A DNA stretch of 64,000 nt from Candidatus Hydrogenedentota bacterium (GTDB taxonomy: Bacteria > Hydrogenedentota > Hydrogenedentia > Hydrogenedentales > SLHB01), in contig BTVY01000004.1 in NCBI GenBank assembly GCA_045863335.1, forward strand, positions 128,001-192,000, written 5' to 3'. Both the position numbers and the translations under genes were made by a program. This document shows, piece by piece, positions 47,793 to 58,285 of the stretch; within the stretch, counting starts at the first letter, position 1, and every line of letters begins with the position of its first letter. The notes beneath the pieces were generated by a model. That model did no database searches. It saw only the letters and a program-made list of their open reading frames with translations, and was not told where the DNA came from.

Positions 47793-49687
47793 GACCAGGG
47801 GAATTCTCGACAGTGGAAACCGTGGGGCCGGCGAATAGACCAATCAGAACGCCGCTATGGGTCTGGCTGATCGTAGTGGTCCTGGCCCTGATCGAGCCGT
47901 TGACTCACCTTTGGATCGCCTTCGGGTTGCCCGACGGCAGCGTCCCCACGGGCCTTCACATCCCCGATACCATCTGCTTTCGCGTGTTCATGGATATGTT
48001 TGAATCCGGATTTCATTCGCCGCACGCGACCTGTCAGGCGCCGCATGGGTCTCAGTATATCGGTTATTTCGCCGTCCCGTATTATTGGCTCTACGGGGCG
48101 CTAGGGTTTGTGGGGCACGTGCTCCAGTTGAACGACTTCCTCCTGCTCGGCGTTGGCAATGGCCTTGTCGCTTTTCTTTACCTGTGGGTTGTCTACCGCT
48201 TCCTGGTTCAGGCCGCAACCCGGTTCGCGAATCTCGCCTTCGTGTTCTTTACCCTGGGCGGCGGTTTGGGTGGTGTGATGTATGTGTTGACCGGTCTCAT
48301 GGGACTACACGAGGCGACGGGTTTTGAAGAAAACTTCGCGCGCCACGCCCTCTACGAATTGATTGAAGGACCCGTTCTATCGCCGGTACTTCATTTTCCT
48401 CGCTTGTACTACGGCGTGGCGTTCGTCGTGTGTTACGGCAGCCTCACCCAACTGATCAAAGCGTCCAGGTCCGGCGCGAGCCGTCACGCCGTGTTCGCAG
48501 CGATACTGCTAGCAACGGCGTCGTTCATCAATACCCGGTTTGGAACCTTGGCGTGGGTGGTCGCGATGTTCTACCTGTACACGCAGGAAGATAGCGAAAT
48601 GCGGCTTCGCGTGCGAGCGGCCGTCACGATGACCATTGCCGTGGGACTGGGGATCGTGGCGGGCCTCCTGTTGTTGGGACTGAACCCGAGCATCGTCGGG
48701 ACGACCGTATCCACCGTGCGCCAGGCCATGTGGCTCTTCCCGTTTTTGAGCGCAACGTTCTTCTTCCTGCTCCTGGTGCCGAACGAAATCCGCAGTTCTC
48801 TGCCTCGAATGCCGTTGCTTGGCCGGGCATGCAGTTGGGCTGCCATCGGATACCTCGGCGTGTTCACGCTCTTGTACGTTGGGCATCAGGTGTATTGGGG
48901 AAACTACCTCAAAGGAGGTGAGCCGGACGCTGCCCTGTTCAGCTCCGACAAAGCCTTGATTGGCGCCGTTGCGGGGTTTGTCTTCGGCATGACGCGACGC
49001 GAGCGCGGCCGTCAACCTGATCCCGAATTGTCATGGGTCGTACTTTGGTTTCTGTCATTTCTAACAGTGGCCGTTTCGGCGTGGGGGAACGGGTGGTTCC
49101 TGAGCTTTTCGCCGCAACGATGCATGGCCATGTTGGGTGTCCCCATCGCGCTACTGGCGGCACGCGGCGCGACGCGACTGCACAGCCACCGCCCAGTCGT
49201 GGCCCGCGCGGTCGTCCCAACAATCATTGCATGTGGAGTTACATCTGTCGCGGTGGGCGCGCTGTGCTTTCAAGGACCGCTCTTCCACGAACCCGGCCGG
49301 GATCCTTTTTCCTGGCACCACATGGAAGCAATGACGGAGGCGGATGCGAATCTGCTCGACCATTTGGGCCCGGGCGTCGTGCTCGCGCCAAAGCCGATTT
49401 CGGACGTTATCGCGCTTCGTCCGGGGAACTCCGTACTGTTTGGCGCGGCGACCGGACACGCGGACCAGTTGTACGAGACGATGAAGGAAGGTGTCGAACG
49501 GTTCTTCGATCCGAATACCGGCAACGAATACCGTAAGCAGTTTTTAACGGAGTGGTGCGTGGACTACATCTATTGTCCCGACACGTTTCCCGTTCATCCG
49601 GAAACATTGGCGGGGATTACGTCAATGGAAGAACTGGCTGTCGCCGGTCGCGCGGGAAACGCGGTCCTATTCAGGCGCGTGAAGTAG
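47789..49687 (+). CDS. Large polytopic membrane protein, possibly GT-C glycosyltransferase
   Basis: Many TM helices, N-terminal periplasmic PD motif, soluble C-terminal VDYIY domain; coupled to flippase stop. Confidence 0.6.
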   Translation: MRPGEFSTVETVGPANRPIRTPLWVWLIVVVLALIEPLTHLWIAFGLPDGSVPTGLHIPDTICFRVFMDMFESGFHSPHATCQAPHGSQYIGYFAVPYYWLYGALGFVGHVLQLNDFLLLGVGNGLVAFLYLWVVYRFLVQAATRFANLAFVFFTLGGGLGGVMYVLTGLMGLHEATGFEENFARHALYELIEGPVLSPVLHFPRLYYGVAFVVCYGSLTQLIKASRSGASRHAVFAAILLATASFINTRFGTLAWVVAMFYLYTQEDSEMRLRVRAAVTMTIAVGLGIVAGLLLLGLNPSIVGTTVSTVRQAMWLFPFLSATFFFLLLVPNEIRSSLPRMPLLGRACSWAAIGYLGVFTLLYVGHQVYWGNYLKGGEPDAALFSSDKALIGAVAGFVFGMTRRERGRQPDPELSWVVLWFLSFLTVAVSAWGNGWFLSFSPQRCMAMLGVPIALLAARGATRLHSHRPVVARAVVPTIIACGVTSVAVGALCFQGPLFHEPGRDPFSWHHMEAMTEADANLLDHLGPGVVLAPKPISDVIALRPGNSVLFGAATGHADQLYETMKEGVERFFDPNTGNEYRKQFLTEWCVDYIYCPDTFPVHPETLAGITSMEELAVAGRAGNAVLFRRVK

Positions 49688-49720
49688 CGCGTGGTTAATC
49701 GAATCGCCCGACTACACGTC

Positions 49721-50545
49721 TCACATCGAAATTGTATCGCCTACGGGATCTTCGCCTAGCAATAGCCGGATGACCGCATTGGCCTGGTGGTGGGCGGCGA
49801 CCCCGACGCGCGGCGCCATCAGCCCCGTCCCCGGTTGCGCCGCGGTTGTGAGATCGCCGACGACCGTGATCCCGGTGCCGAGCTTGCGGGTAACCACCGT
49901 ATTGCTTGGGGCGTGGCCAGCGAGGCCGGTGGCTACCACGATGGGTGTTTTGGGACGGGCGCGCCGGAAACTCTCGGTCAACATCGCCTTCTCCTCCGCC
50001 ACGTCGAAGGCCTCGGCCAGCACATCCACGTGCGCGAAGATTGCGGGTACGTTCGCGGGAGTCAGCCGTTCCGTGTGGGTCTCCAAGGCAACGTACGGAT
50101 TGACGCGGGATAGGTTGGCGCTCAAGGCCTGCGTCTTCAGCATGCCCACCTGATCGAAGAAATACTGCTGCCGGTTCAGATTGCTGGGTTCGACCACGTC
50201 GAAATCGACCAGCACGAGTTTGCCCACACCCACCCGCGCCAGGGCGATAGCAATCGCGGAACCGAGACCTCCGAGACCGGCAATACCGACGCAGGACTGC
50301 TTTAACACGGCGTGCACGCCCGGGGTATGACGGGCGGCCATAAGCGCCTCCATCTCATCCTGCCGCGGCGCTTCGCCTCGTCGAATGAAGACCACCTCGT
50401 CGCCTTCGGAGAGCACGCAATCGCTTCGGGCCGGCGCGCCGTTCAACACCACGATATCCGCATCCGGCTTCACCTCGTCCCGCAACTGGAACAAGGTTTT
50501 GCTATCTTCAATATCGACGGGCTTTTCGGAAAGCAGAATCTTCAT
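49721..50545 (-). CDS. thiF: Sulfur carrier (ThiS) adenylyltransferase ThiF with N-terminal ubiquitin-like domain
   Basis: ARHTPGVH, GLGGLGS, DFDVVEPSNLNRQQY, EAFD, GLMAPRV...HQAN. Confidence 0.88.
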   Translation of the reverse strand: MKILLSEKPVDIEDSKTLFQLRDEVKPDADIVVLNGAPARSDCVLSEGDEVVFIRRGEAPRQDEMEALMAARHTPGVHAVLKQSCVGIAGLGGLGSAIAIALARVGVGKLVLVDFDVVEPSNLNRQQYFFDQVGMLKTQALSANLSRVNPYVALETHTERLTPANVPAIFAHVDVLAEAFDVAEEKAMLTESFRRARPKTPIVVATGLAGHAPSNTVVTRKLGTGITVVGDLTTAAQPGTGLMAPRVGVAAHHQANAVIRLLLGEDPVGDTISM

Positions 50546-50697
50546 CAACGTATCCTCATCAGAACGACGCAGCTTAGCGGATAATCCTATAGGATTTTGA
50601 ACGCCGGTACCACGGGGCGCGGGAAGAAAGAATGCACCATTGAACAAGTCTGCCGTGCAGCCGGCAGAGGGCGATTGCGGCCGTCCCTCCGAAGACC

Positions 50698-53277
50698 TCA
50701 CGAACCGGGAAGATTCACTTTCAACATGGGATCCCCGTGAAGGTGATAGATTTCCAGGTTGTACTCCCGTCGAACCATATCGTCGCCAAGCCAGTTCCCT
50801 TGATGGAACATACCCCAACGGAACGCGGGCCCGAGCCGGTCGAAAGCCGGGCGCAATCGCCTAGTACTGATGCTCCCTTCGGCGTAGTTCGAATAGAGGG
50901 CGGCCATCAAACCGTCCAGTAAGCGGTCGTTCGCATCGGCATCACTGCCCCGAGCGGCAGCAATTACTGCGACTGCGCCGCCGTCGGGAAATCGCAACGC
51001 GCGCTCAGCGAAGCACTCGTTCTTCGGGCCGGTTTGCGGGATTTGGACGAGACCCCAAGGGAAGCGTACGGTGTCGGTCTCATTGTCAAACCAGCCTGAA
51101 TCGCAGTTCATACTGAAGACGACGGGGTAGAAGGCGGAGTCGGGGTCATCCATGGGTATCATGTGTCCGGGGTCGGTATCGGAGTCACGCATTTCGAAGT
51201 TAGGGTGATGCCATCCTGAAAGCAGGCCGTGGTCGCAATGCACGACGAGCCCCTCGAGACCTTGCCGCCAGTTCGCCTGGATCGTGTCGGGCCCGGCATC
51301 CCACGAATAAGCGAGAATATCTGCGGGCAGCGCATGGCCATAGAAATCCGCGACCGGATCCGGACCATCGTTCCGGTTGTAGCCAAACCGGACCGTCACT
51401 CCTTGGTCCGCTAGGAAGTCGCGAACGCGTTCCGCGCCAACGAAGAATTCCCAATCGTCCTGTCCGTCTTGTCTGCCGATGCCGCCGTAGTCACCGCCCG
51501 GAGTTGGCGCTTCGAGGTACGGACGGCTCAGCAACAACTCGCTGTCGCTTACCACCTCTTCGACGCGGTACCAGGGAGGACCTTCGGCAGGACTGGTCGC
51601 CGCGGCTAGATAGTCTCCCGGAAGAACATTGCCAATGAAGCCTTCGCCCACGCCACGCACTACCGGGCTTCCCAAGGTAAAGTCGAGGCGCGTTAACAGC
51701 CACGCGATGGGCCAGATCACATCGTCAAAATAACCGTACGTGGCGGCGTGTAGTGGGATGTCGCCTGGTGCGCGCGACTCGTACCGGATGACCTTGTCAA
51801 CCACGGCCTTGGCTTCGTCGCGGTTATCGACCGAGATTCGGCCAAGGGCCACGTCGGGTTCGTAGTCGCCGCCGCGCAACGTTGAATAAGGCAGATCGGT
51901 TTCGACGGTCAATACATAGTCGAAGAACCCTGCCGGCGTGGGTTGTCCCCGGTAGTTCATGCCCTGGTGCGCGGGAATGAACTCCACGTCGCCAAACAAA
52001 AGAACTGCCGACATGGCTGCGGGTTCCGGCGTTGTAACGGTAGGCACCCGGTTCAGGTAATCCAACTCTTTAATGTAGTCGCGAATGCTCTCCGCGTCGG
52101 GGTAGTCCGTACCGTCGAGGGATGCCAAGTACACGCGCGTGCCGGAGTCCTGTCGCCACCGCGCCAGTCTGCGCGCCTGGCTGTATAGTTCGGGCCGGGT
52201 CACGATAAGGAGTTCGAAGGCATCGTCGCGAATGATATCCCGGTCGATGTCCAGGAGCATGCGGCTCAGAGTGCTTGCCGTCGCGAGTGGGACGAGTTCG
52301 CCATTCAGCATTTCCGTTGCCAGCCACTCCTCGGCCCCCATTTCCTGGATGCCTTTGTAGTCACCCAGGATATAGGGCAGTATCGGCGACTGCACACTCG
52401 AGAAATCGATTTGAATCCGAAGGCGCCGCGCCAGTATCAGTCGATGCTCAGCGGCAATGTACTGAACTGGAAAGACCCGTACCTTCAGTACATTCAGGTT
52501 GCCCAATTGAACCATATCGCTCTGGTATTCCCACCCGGGATACAGCGCACCGGACTGATAGGACTCGTTATCTCGTTCAAATAGCGGACGCTGTTCCCGA
52601 CGTTTCGTATTCTCGATCCATGCCGGGGGTTGAGCGGGGTACACATGGACGCCTTCGTACGGTTGCTTCAACTCGGGGGAAATGGTGATAGTCCATTGCG
52701 CCAATTCACCTGTCTGTGCGTCCTGCGGTATGGCCGCAAAGAACGTGAACGCGGGGAGTTCCGGCTTGCCGGGTTCCAGCGTCCGTTCCGCACCCGGAAT
52801 CAGGATCCGATGATAGAGGTCTTGTACATCCGGCTTGATCGTTGCCGCGTTCCCGGGCAGGTGGAGTGTGCATTCGATGCGGGATAGGGTCGATGTGTGC
52901 TCCAGCGAGGGCTGCACCTGCGCGGGGTCTTCAGGCAACTTCGTGTTGAAGTCCAACGGCGGAATCACCGTTACATCCACCGTCGCGCTCGCCCCGCTGT
53001 GACGCCCCGACACCTTCAGCGAAGTCGTCCCTGGCCGTAACCCGTGAACCACCGCGGATGAATTCGCTCGCGCTATGAGCGGATTGTCAGGTTCGCAACG
53101 AACCTTCTTGTCCAGCGGATCGCTGGAGGAAACGCTGAGAGCGAACTCCGAGCCGAGTGGAACTTCGACGATGGCCGGTGCGACCTGAAATTCTACGGGT
53201 TCCGGGATCGGACAGCCCGAGAACATTGTGGTAAGAATTCCGGCCAGGAAGGTTGAGAGAACCGGTCCGATTCGCAT
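50698..53277 (-). CDS. Lipoprotein C25 (gingipain-like) cysteine peptidase with Ig-like and propeptide domains
   Basis: Lipobox FSGC; propeptide PGKPELP...FPVQY; VLLFGDVEFIP, TDLPYS, ALGRIS, catalytic DHG and MNCDSG, YHLHGDP. Confidence 0.85.
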   Translation of the reverse strand: MRIGPVLSTFLAGILTTMFSGCPIPEPVEFQVAPAIVEVPLGSEFALSVSSSDPLDKKVRCEPDNPLIARANSSAVVHGLRPGTTSLKVSGRHSGASATVDVTVIPPLDFNTKLPEDPAQVQPSLEHTSTLSRIECTLHLPGNAATIKPDVQDLYHRILIPGAERTLEPGKPELPAFTFFAAIPQDAQTGELAQWTITISPELKQPYEGVHVYPAQPPAWIENTKRREQRPLFERDNESYQSGALYPGWEYQSDMVQLGNLNVLKVRVFPVQYIAAEHRLILARRLRIQIDFSSVQSPILPYILGDYKGIQEMGAEEWLATEMLNGELVPLATASTLSRMLLDIDRDIIRDDAFELLIVTRPELYSQARRLARWRQDSGTRVYLASLDGTDYPDAESIRDYIKELDYLNRVPTVTTPEPAAMSAVLLFGDVEFIPAHQGMNYRGQPTPAGFFDYVLTVETDLPYSTLRGGDYEPDVALGRISVDNRDEAKAVVDKVIRYESRAPGDIPLHAATYGYFDDVIWPIAWLLTRLDFTLGSPVVRGVGEGFIGNVLPGDYLAAATSPAEGPPWYRVEEVVSDSELLLSRPYLEAPTPGGDYGGIGRQDGQDDWEFFVGAERVRDFLADQGVTVRFGYNRNDGPDPVADFYGHALPADILAYSWDAGPDTIQANWRQGLEGLVVHCDHGLLSGWHHPNFEMRDSDTDPGHMIPMDDPDSAFYPVVFSMNCDSGWFDNETDTVRFPWGLVQIPQTGPKNECFAERALRFPDGGAVAVIAAARGSDADANDRLLDGLMAALYSNYAEGSISTRRLRPAFDRLGPAFRWGMFHQGNWLGDDMVRREYNLEIYHLHGDPMLKVNLPGS

Positions 53278-53516
53278 GGCAACTCCCCCTCCGGTTTCTG
53301 AACAGAAGCCGGAGCCTGCGTGGCCAAGCGCTCTATGCCCCCTGAGCGACAAAACCGGAATCGGAACCGGGGACAGTTCAGTATACGCTCCCGTTCGATT
53401 TCCGTCCACAGGCTGGGCGAATCGTTGCTTGACTGCCCGCGATCGCTGTGCGAGGCTGTCACGGTGGTCCTCGGGATTCGGAATCACACGATCAAACGTG
53501 GCAGGGATTCAATTGG

Positions 53517-56500
53517 ATGCATAGATTCTTCTCGAAGTCTCTTCTTTCCATAGTCATTGCAACGTGCCCAGGATTCAGTAGCGCACAGGTGCCCGAAGAG
53601 GCTGGGCCCTTAGCGCGCGAACACATCGTGGCGCGCGGAGTTGCCACCCACCCCTGCGTCACCCTTACCCCGGAGGATGTTAAGGAAACGAAGCACCGGG
53701 TCGGGGAGTATCCATGGGCGCGGGCTTTGCAGGTCAAGATCATCGAGTCCGCTGAACCTTGGCTGCGGGAATCGGACTCGTATTGGCTGGAATTTCTGCC
53801 GGAACCGGGCGCCTGCTATGCCTACGGGTTTACGGGCGATCCGGTTACGGGAACTACCTTTGGCACGTGGTCGGGAGCGCGGTGTGATTGGGACCATCCG
53901 GGGCAGGTGCGGAACACGGAAGGCCGGCGGTTTCCGAACGAGGAGTATCCCGACGACGGGGAAGGCTACGTCGCTAAAGACGGCCGCGTCCACTATTTCG
54001 TCGGAATCTTCAACGCCTGGGTGACGGAACAGTGGACCCTCAACGCGCTGCCCGCGCTATCGCAGGCCTATCTGCTGATCGGTGACGAACGCTACGCGGA
54101 TCGTGGCACGCTGCTGCTCGATGCGTTGGCGTCTATCTATTCCGAATCGACTTCGGGATCCTGGGATTATCCGAGCAATCCGCCCAGCGGCCGTTTCGCG
54201 CGGCCCTGGTATCAGGTGGCGCGGACGCTGGTGAAGTACGTGGATCAGTACGATTTCATGTATCACAGCCCGTCCATGGACAAACCGTCGCGGCGGGCCG
54301 GATTCACGCGCCGCGAGAACATCGAACAGCACCTGCTCCTGGACGGCGCGTACTACTGCTACCAACACAGTTTCGACGGCGCACTGCACAATGGGCACGC
54401 CGACTATCTGCGCGGGGCGCTGGCGGTGGGGTGCGCCATGGATATCCCGGAGTACGTGGCAGCCGCGGTGGAGAGTCCCTTCTCCATATCCACCATGCTT
54501 GGCAACAACATCGATCGCGATGGGCGCTACTACGAAAGCGCATTGGGCTACGCCGTTCACGCACGGCTCTTGTATCTGACTTTCGCCGACCCGCTGTACA
54601 ACCTCCGCAGCGCCGAGTATCCGAACGGAATCAACCTGTACGACGACCCGCGGATGCAGACGAGTCTCCTCCTGCCTGATTTGCAGGTCGAATTGGCCGG
54701 ACGCCGCCCGAATTTTGGCGATAGCGCGCCCGAACCTAGTTACCGAAAACCGCCGGAGCATCCGTTCTCCAAGACCGACTATCTGTTTCTGGAGCGGCTC
54801 TACGCTATGACGTCGAATTCCGAGCAGCGCGCCACCTTCGGCAGTGCGCTTCAGTACCTAGCCCAAGGCAATCTGGAAACCGTGCGCGCAGAGCATGCCG
54901 ACGAATGGATGCTCTGGCATGCCGCCTCGGTGCCTGACTTGCCGGAGGCGCTCTCTCAGGTGCTCAACGAGCGCCTGCACGGGTCTTGGGTCGCCGGTGC
55001 GAAGGGCCTCGCCCTCCTGCGTGGCGGCGATCAGGCGGCCTTGCTTCGCTTCGGACCAAGCCTAAATCACGGCGATCCCGACGATCTGGGCCTGCTCTAT
55101 TACGCAAACGGATACGAACTCAGTTACGACATCGGCTACGGACTCGGCAGCACGCACACCCATGTGGGCTGGGCGTCGAGTACGGTCAGCCATTGTCTCG
55201 TGACCGTTGACGAGACCAACCAGCTTGCCGGTGAAGGATCGGGCGGGAGTCTCAACTACTTCGCCGCATTGCCCGGCGTGCAAGTCGTCGATGCGTCGAG
55301 TCCGCTCAGTTATTCGGCACAGGGCGTGAGCGATTACCGGCGCACCGTGGCCCTCGTGAACGCGGGCGGATATCTCGTCGACGTGTTTCGCGTGACCGGC
55401 GGACGCCAGCACGACTACGGCTTTGGAAGTATTGGCACTGAACTGACGGTCGAAGGCGTCGCGAAGCTCGAGCCGCACGAAGGCAGTCTGGCCGAGGGCT
55501 ACGACTGGGGACAGCAGATCGGCAATGATGGCGATATCAAGGGGCATCCCAACAAGCCCTACTGGAACCCGCCGCCGGGGAACGGGTACGGCTTTTTTTA
55601 CAATGTGCGCCGCGGGAAGCCGGATTCTGTGTGGTCCGGCACCTGGAACATTGCGGGTGAAGCGCCGGCAAGATTGCGCATGCACATCCTGAGCGACCCG
55701 GGCGAGGCAATCGTCGCTTCCGCGCCCGGACTGTATCCAAACAAACCGCCCGCGAGTTACCTGTTGTCGAGACGCGTTGCGGGAGACGACAAGCCATTGT
55801 CCAGCACCTTCGTTTCCGTCTATGAATCCTTTGCTGCTGGCGAAGAGGACGCACCTGTAATTCGGAGCGTTCGCCGCATCGGTACGGAAGCAATCGAGGT
55901 TGAGCGCGCGGACGGCGCCGTCGACGTTGTCCTCTGCGGAGGCGGTACGTTCGAAACGGCGTACGGCTCCATAATATTCGACGGCGACTTTGCATACCTG
56001 ACTGGCGATGGAACCCGTGCCACCAGTGTCGATGTGTTGGGTTGCATAGATCTGAAAGTGAACGGGAATGTCCTCGATTCAGGTCCGGACGCTTTCGAAG
56101 CAACCGTCGTTGCGGCGGATCGCGATACGTGTTCGGTCGAACTAAACACGCCAATTCCGGAGGGCTTGGAACAGTTGGTTGCGGTCTTCAGCAATCCGCT
56201 CTACTCAAGGACGACCGCCTATCATGTGGAAGCTGCCCAAGACTCGACCCTGGTGCTCCAGGGCAGCTCTTTCGTTGTGGGCAAAGGCCGCGTCGCGGAA
56301 ATTCGGGATGAGCACACCATCGTCAGTGACGTGACCCACGAGTACGCAAAAACGGTCCGCGCACAGCTCTCGACCCGCTACTTCGATGGCAAGACGATTG
56401 TGGGCGAAGATGGCGGAACCACTCGCGTGCGCGGGACGGAGCCCGGCACGCCGCTTGTTGTCACGGTCGACGATGCCTCGGTCCTGCAACCGGGTGAAGT

Positions 56501-56576
56501 GTTCGTGTATCGGGATGTGGTAGAAGGGGATACGGTGCGGATTGCCCTGCCCCGTACCCACACCATCACGGACTGA
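53517..56576 (+). CDS. Secreted heparinase II/III-family polysaccharide lyase
   Basis: Signal peptide; DGRYYE..GY, PNFGD, HGDPDDLG, DIGY, STVSHCLVTVD, YRRTV, YLVDVFRV. Confidence 0.82.
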   Translation: MHRFFSKSLLSIVIATCPGFSSAQVPEEAGPLAREHIVARGVATHPCVTLTPEDVKETKHRVGEYPWARALQVKIIESAEPWLRESDSYWLEFLPEPGACYAYGFTGDPVTGTTFGTWSGARCDWDHPGQVRNTEGRRFPNEEYPDDGEGYVAKDGRVHYFVGIFNAWVTEQWTLNALPALSQAYLLIGDERYADRGTLLLDALASIYSESTSGSWDYPSNPPSGRFARPWYQVARTLVKYVDQYDFMYHSPSMDKPSRRAGFTRRENIEQHLLLDGAYYCYQHSFDGALHNGHADYLRGALAVGCAMDIPEYVAAAVESPFSISTMLGNNIDRDGRYYESALGYAVHARLLYLTFADPLYNLRSAEYPNGINLYDDPRMQTSLLLPDLQVELAGRRPNFGDSAPEPSYRKPPEHPFSKTDYLFLERLYAMTSNSEQRATFGSALQYLAQGNLETVRAEHADEWMLWHAASVPDLPEALSQVLNERLHGSWVAGAKGLALLRGGDQAALLRFGPSLNHGDPDDLGLLYYANGYELSYDIGYGLGSTHTHVGWASSTVSHCLVTVDETNQLAGEGSGGSLNYFAALPGVQVVDASSPLSYSAQGVSDYRRTVALVNAGGYLVDVFRVTGGRQHDYGFGSIGTELTVEGVAKLEPHEGSLAEGYDWGQQIGNDGDIKGHPNKPYWNPPPGNGYGFFYNVRRGKPDSVWSGTWNIAGEAPARLRMHILSDPGEAIVASAPGLYPNKPPASYLLSRRVAGDDKPLSSTFVSVYESFAAGEEDAPVIRSVRRIGTEAIEVERADGAVDVVLCGGGTFETAYGSIIFDGDFAYLTGDGTRATSVDVLGCIDLKVNGNVLDSGPDAFEATVVAADRDTCSVELNTPIPEGLEQLVAVFSNPLYSRTTAYHVEAAQDSTLVLQGSSFVVGKGRVAEIRDEHTIVSDVTHEYAKTVRAQLSTRYFDGKTIVGEDGGTTRVRGTEPGTPLVVTVDDASVLQPGEVFVYRDVVEGDTVRIALPRTHTITD

Positions 56577-56671
56577 CGGGGCGGCCCACGATTTGCTAGA
56601 ATAGGACTTCAATTCGTGCGTGAGAAGTCCGTGGGGACAGGCGCGCCATAACCGGCCAATTGGAGGCGATC

Positions 56672-57622
56672 ATGAGACTGTGCCGTTTTGAACGCGATGG
56701 GGAAGAGTACGCGGGGTTCTATTTCGACAACAAGCTCGTGCCCGTTGGCGCGGCTGTGGATGCATGCGAGCAACACACACATAAGCGCCACGAATTGCCA
56801 CAGGGATCAAGCCTGGTTTCTATGCTGGCCTGCGGCGAGCATCACGATGCGGCGGCCGCAGTGGGCGATTGGTTGAGCAAGAACCTCGACGGCGTCGACG
56901 CGCTGGATGTATCGAAGGTTCGTCTGTTAGCGCCGTTCCCGACGCCGCGGAAGCTGTTCTTGCTCGCGGGTAACTACGCGGCGCACATCGAAGAAGGCGG
57001 TGGCCATGCCGTGGAACGGGCGCGCACATTTCCCTACGTGTTCATGAAACCTATATCGACGATCAATCACCCGAACGCGCCGGTGCCGATTCCATCCGTG
57101 TCGCCCGACCACATCGATTGGGAGGCCGAGCTGGCGGTGGTCATCGGCAAGGCGGCAAAACACGTCTCGGAAGCCGATGCCTTGAATTACGTCGCGGGAT
57201 ACACGGTCATCAACGACGTGTCCGACCGCGAGTACACCCCGAACCCTGGACGCGAGAAGCGGCCCAAAGACGAATTCTTTGACTGGCTGCACGGCAAGTG
57301 GCACGACGGGTTTTGCCCCATGGGACCTTGCGTCACTTCGGCCGAGGCCATCGGCGATCCGCAGAGTCTACAGATTACGCTCAAGGTAAACGGCGAGACC
57401 AAGCAGGATGCGTCAACGGCGTTGCAGATTTATCCCGTGGCCGGCGTAATCGAGTTCATCTCGCGATCCATCACGCTGGAACCGGGCGACATCATCTCGA
57501 CCGGTACTCCGTCCGGCGTGGGCGCCGCGTCGGGTACGTACCTGCATCCCGGCGACGAAGTCGAAGTGAGCATCGACAAGATCGGCGTGCTCAAGAATCA
57601 CATGGTCGCAGAGCAGGCGTAA
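56672..57622 (+). CDS. Fumarylacetoacetate hydrolase family protein
   Basis: GNYAAH, FMKP, DWEAELAVVIG, NDVSDR, GKWHDGFCPMGP, PGDIISTGTP. Confidence 0.92.
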   Translation: MRLCRFERDGEEYAGFYFDNKLVPVGAAVDACEQHTHKRHELPQGSSLVSMLACGEHHDAAAAVGDWLSKNLDGVDALDVSKVRLLAPFPTPRKLFLLAGNYAAHIEEGGGHAVERARTFPYVFMKPISTINHPNAPVPIPSVSPDHIDWEAELAVVIGKAAKHVSEADALNYVAGYTVINDVSDREYTPNPGREKRPKDEFFDWLHGKWHDGFCPMGPCVTSAEAIGDPQSLQITLKVNGETKQDASTALQIYPVAGVIEFISRSITLEPGDIISTGTPSGVGAASGTYLHPGDEVEVSIDKIGVLKNHMVAEQA

Positions 57623-58285
57623 GGCGCCAGCACCATAGCGTTTGCAGGCGCGTGATTCCGCATGGGGTCCCGCGTTCGGGGATTCCCCAAAAGGACCGCC
57701 CGCGGTTCTCGCCTTTGCGGGTTAGCATTTGTTTGCCGCACACGCGCGACGAATGCCCCGGTACTGATAAGGAGTGGCAGTTCCGTCCCAAAACCAAGCT
57801 CGGACGTAACGTAGACTGTCTCATCGTGTCCAGATTTCTGGCGGAATTGGTGCAACCACTGGAGACTCCCGAGGGCCTGCAAATGATGGTGGTTCGCAGG
57901 ACCGCCGTCGAAGGAGTGTTCGCTCGCAACAATGGCTTGCGAGGCTGGATTCGAAGCCGACGCCGGGGACTCAACGTTGTCCAGGCCGAGATGAAACGGC
58001 ATCAACGTGCTCATGGCCTGTGCCCGCAGACGGGAGTCGGGCAATCCATGGCGCCACCGGAGGACCAAAACACCCGTGAACCAAACTAGAATCAGCGGCA
58101 AAGGCGATCCGTGATCCGCGATTGCGCATTCTTGGAGATTCTCCTGCACGCGGATGACGGGGAGCTTGGTTTTGATCGGGGTGGTGGTGCGGTCGCCGCG
58201 TATGGATGCGCGGATGACATGGGACCAGGCATAGGGTAGGATTAGACCGGGAATTCCAGCCGTAATCAGGTACCGGAGGGCCGTT

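Noticed and set aside
50546-50697. TPP riboswitch upstream of thiF
   Set aside because: No CUGAGA core or other TPP aptamer elements visible
57640-57745. c-di-GMP-I riboswitch-like words (GGCAAAC...GCAAAG) on the minus strand
   Set aside because: P2 stem with GNRA loop is missing, spacing is too short and no downstream gene lies on that strand
57722-57792. Two sigma-54-like motifs on the minus strand (TGGGACGGAACTGC, CGGCAAACAAATGC)
   Set aside because: GG-to-GC spacing is 9 nt, not the required 10
57598-58149. 183-aa minus-strand ORF
   Set aside because: No clear RBS or motifs and it overlaps the FAH gene end; not supported as a CDS
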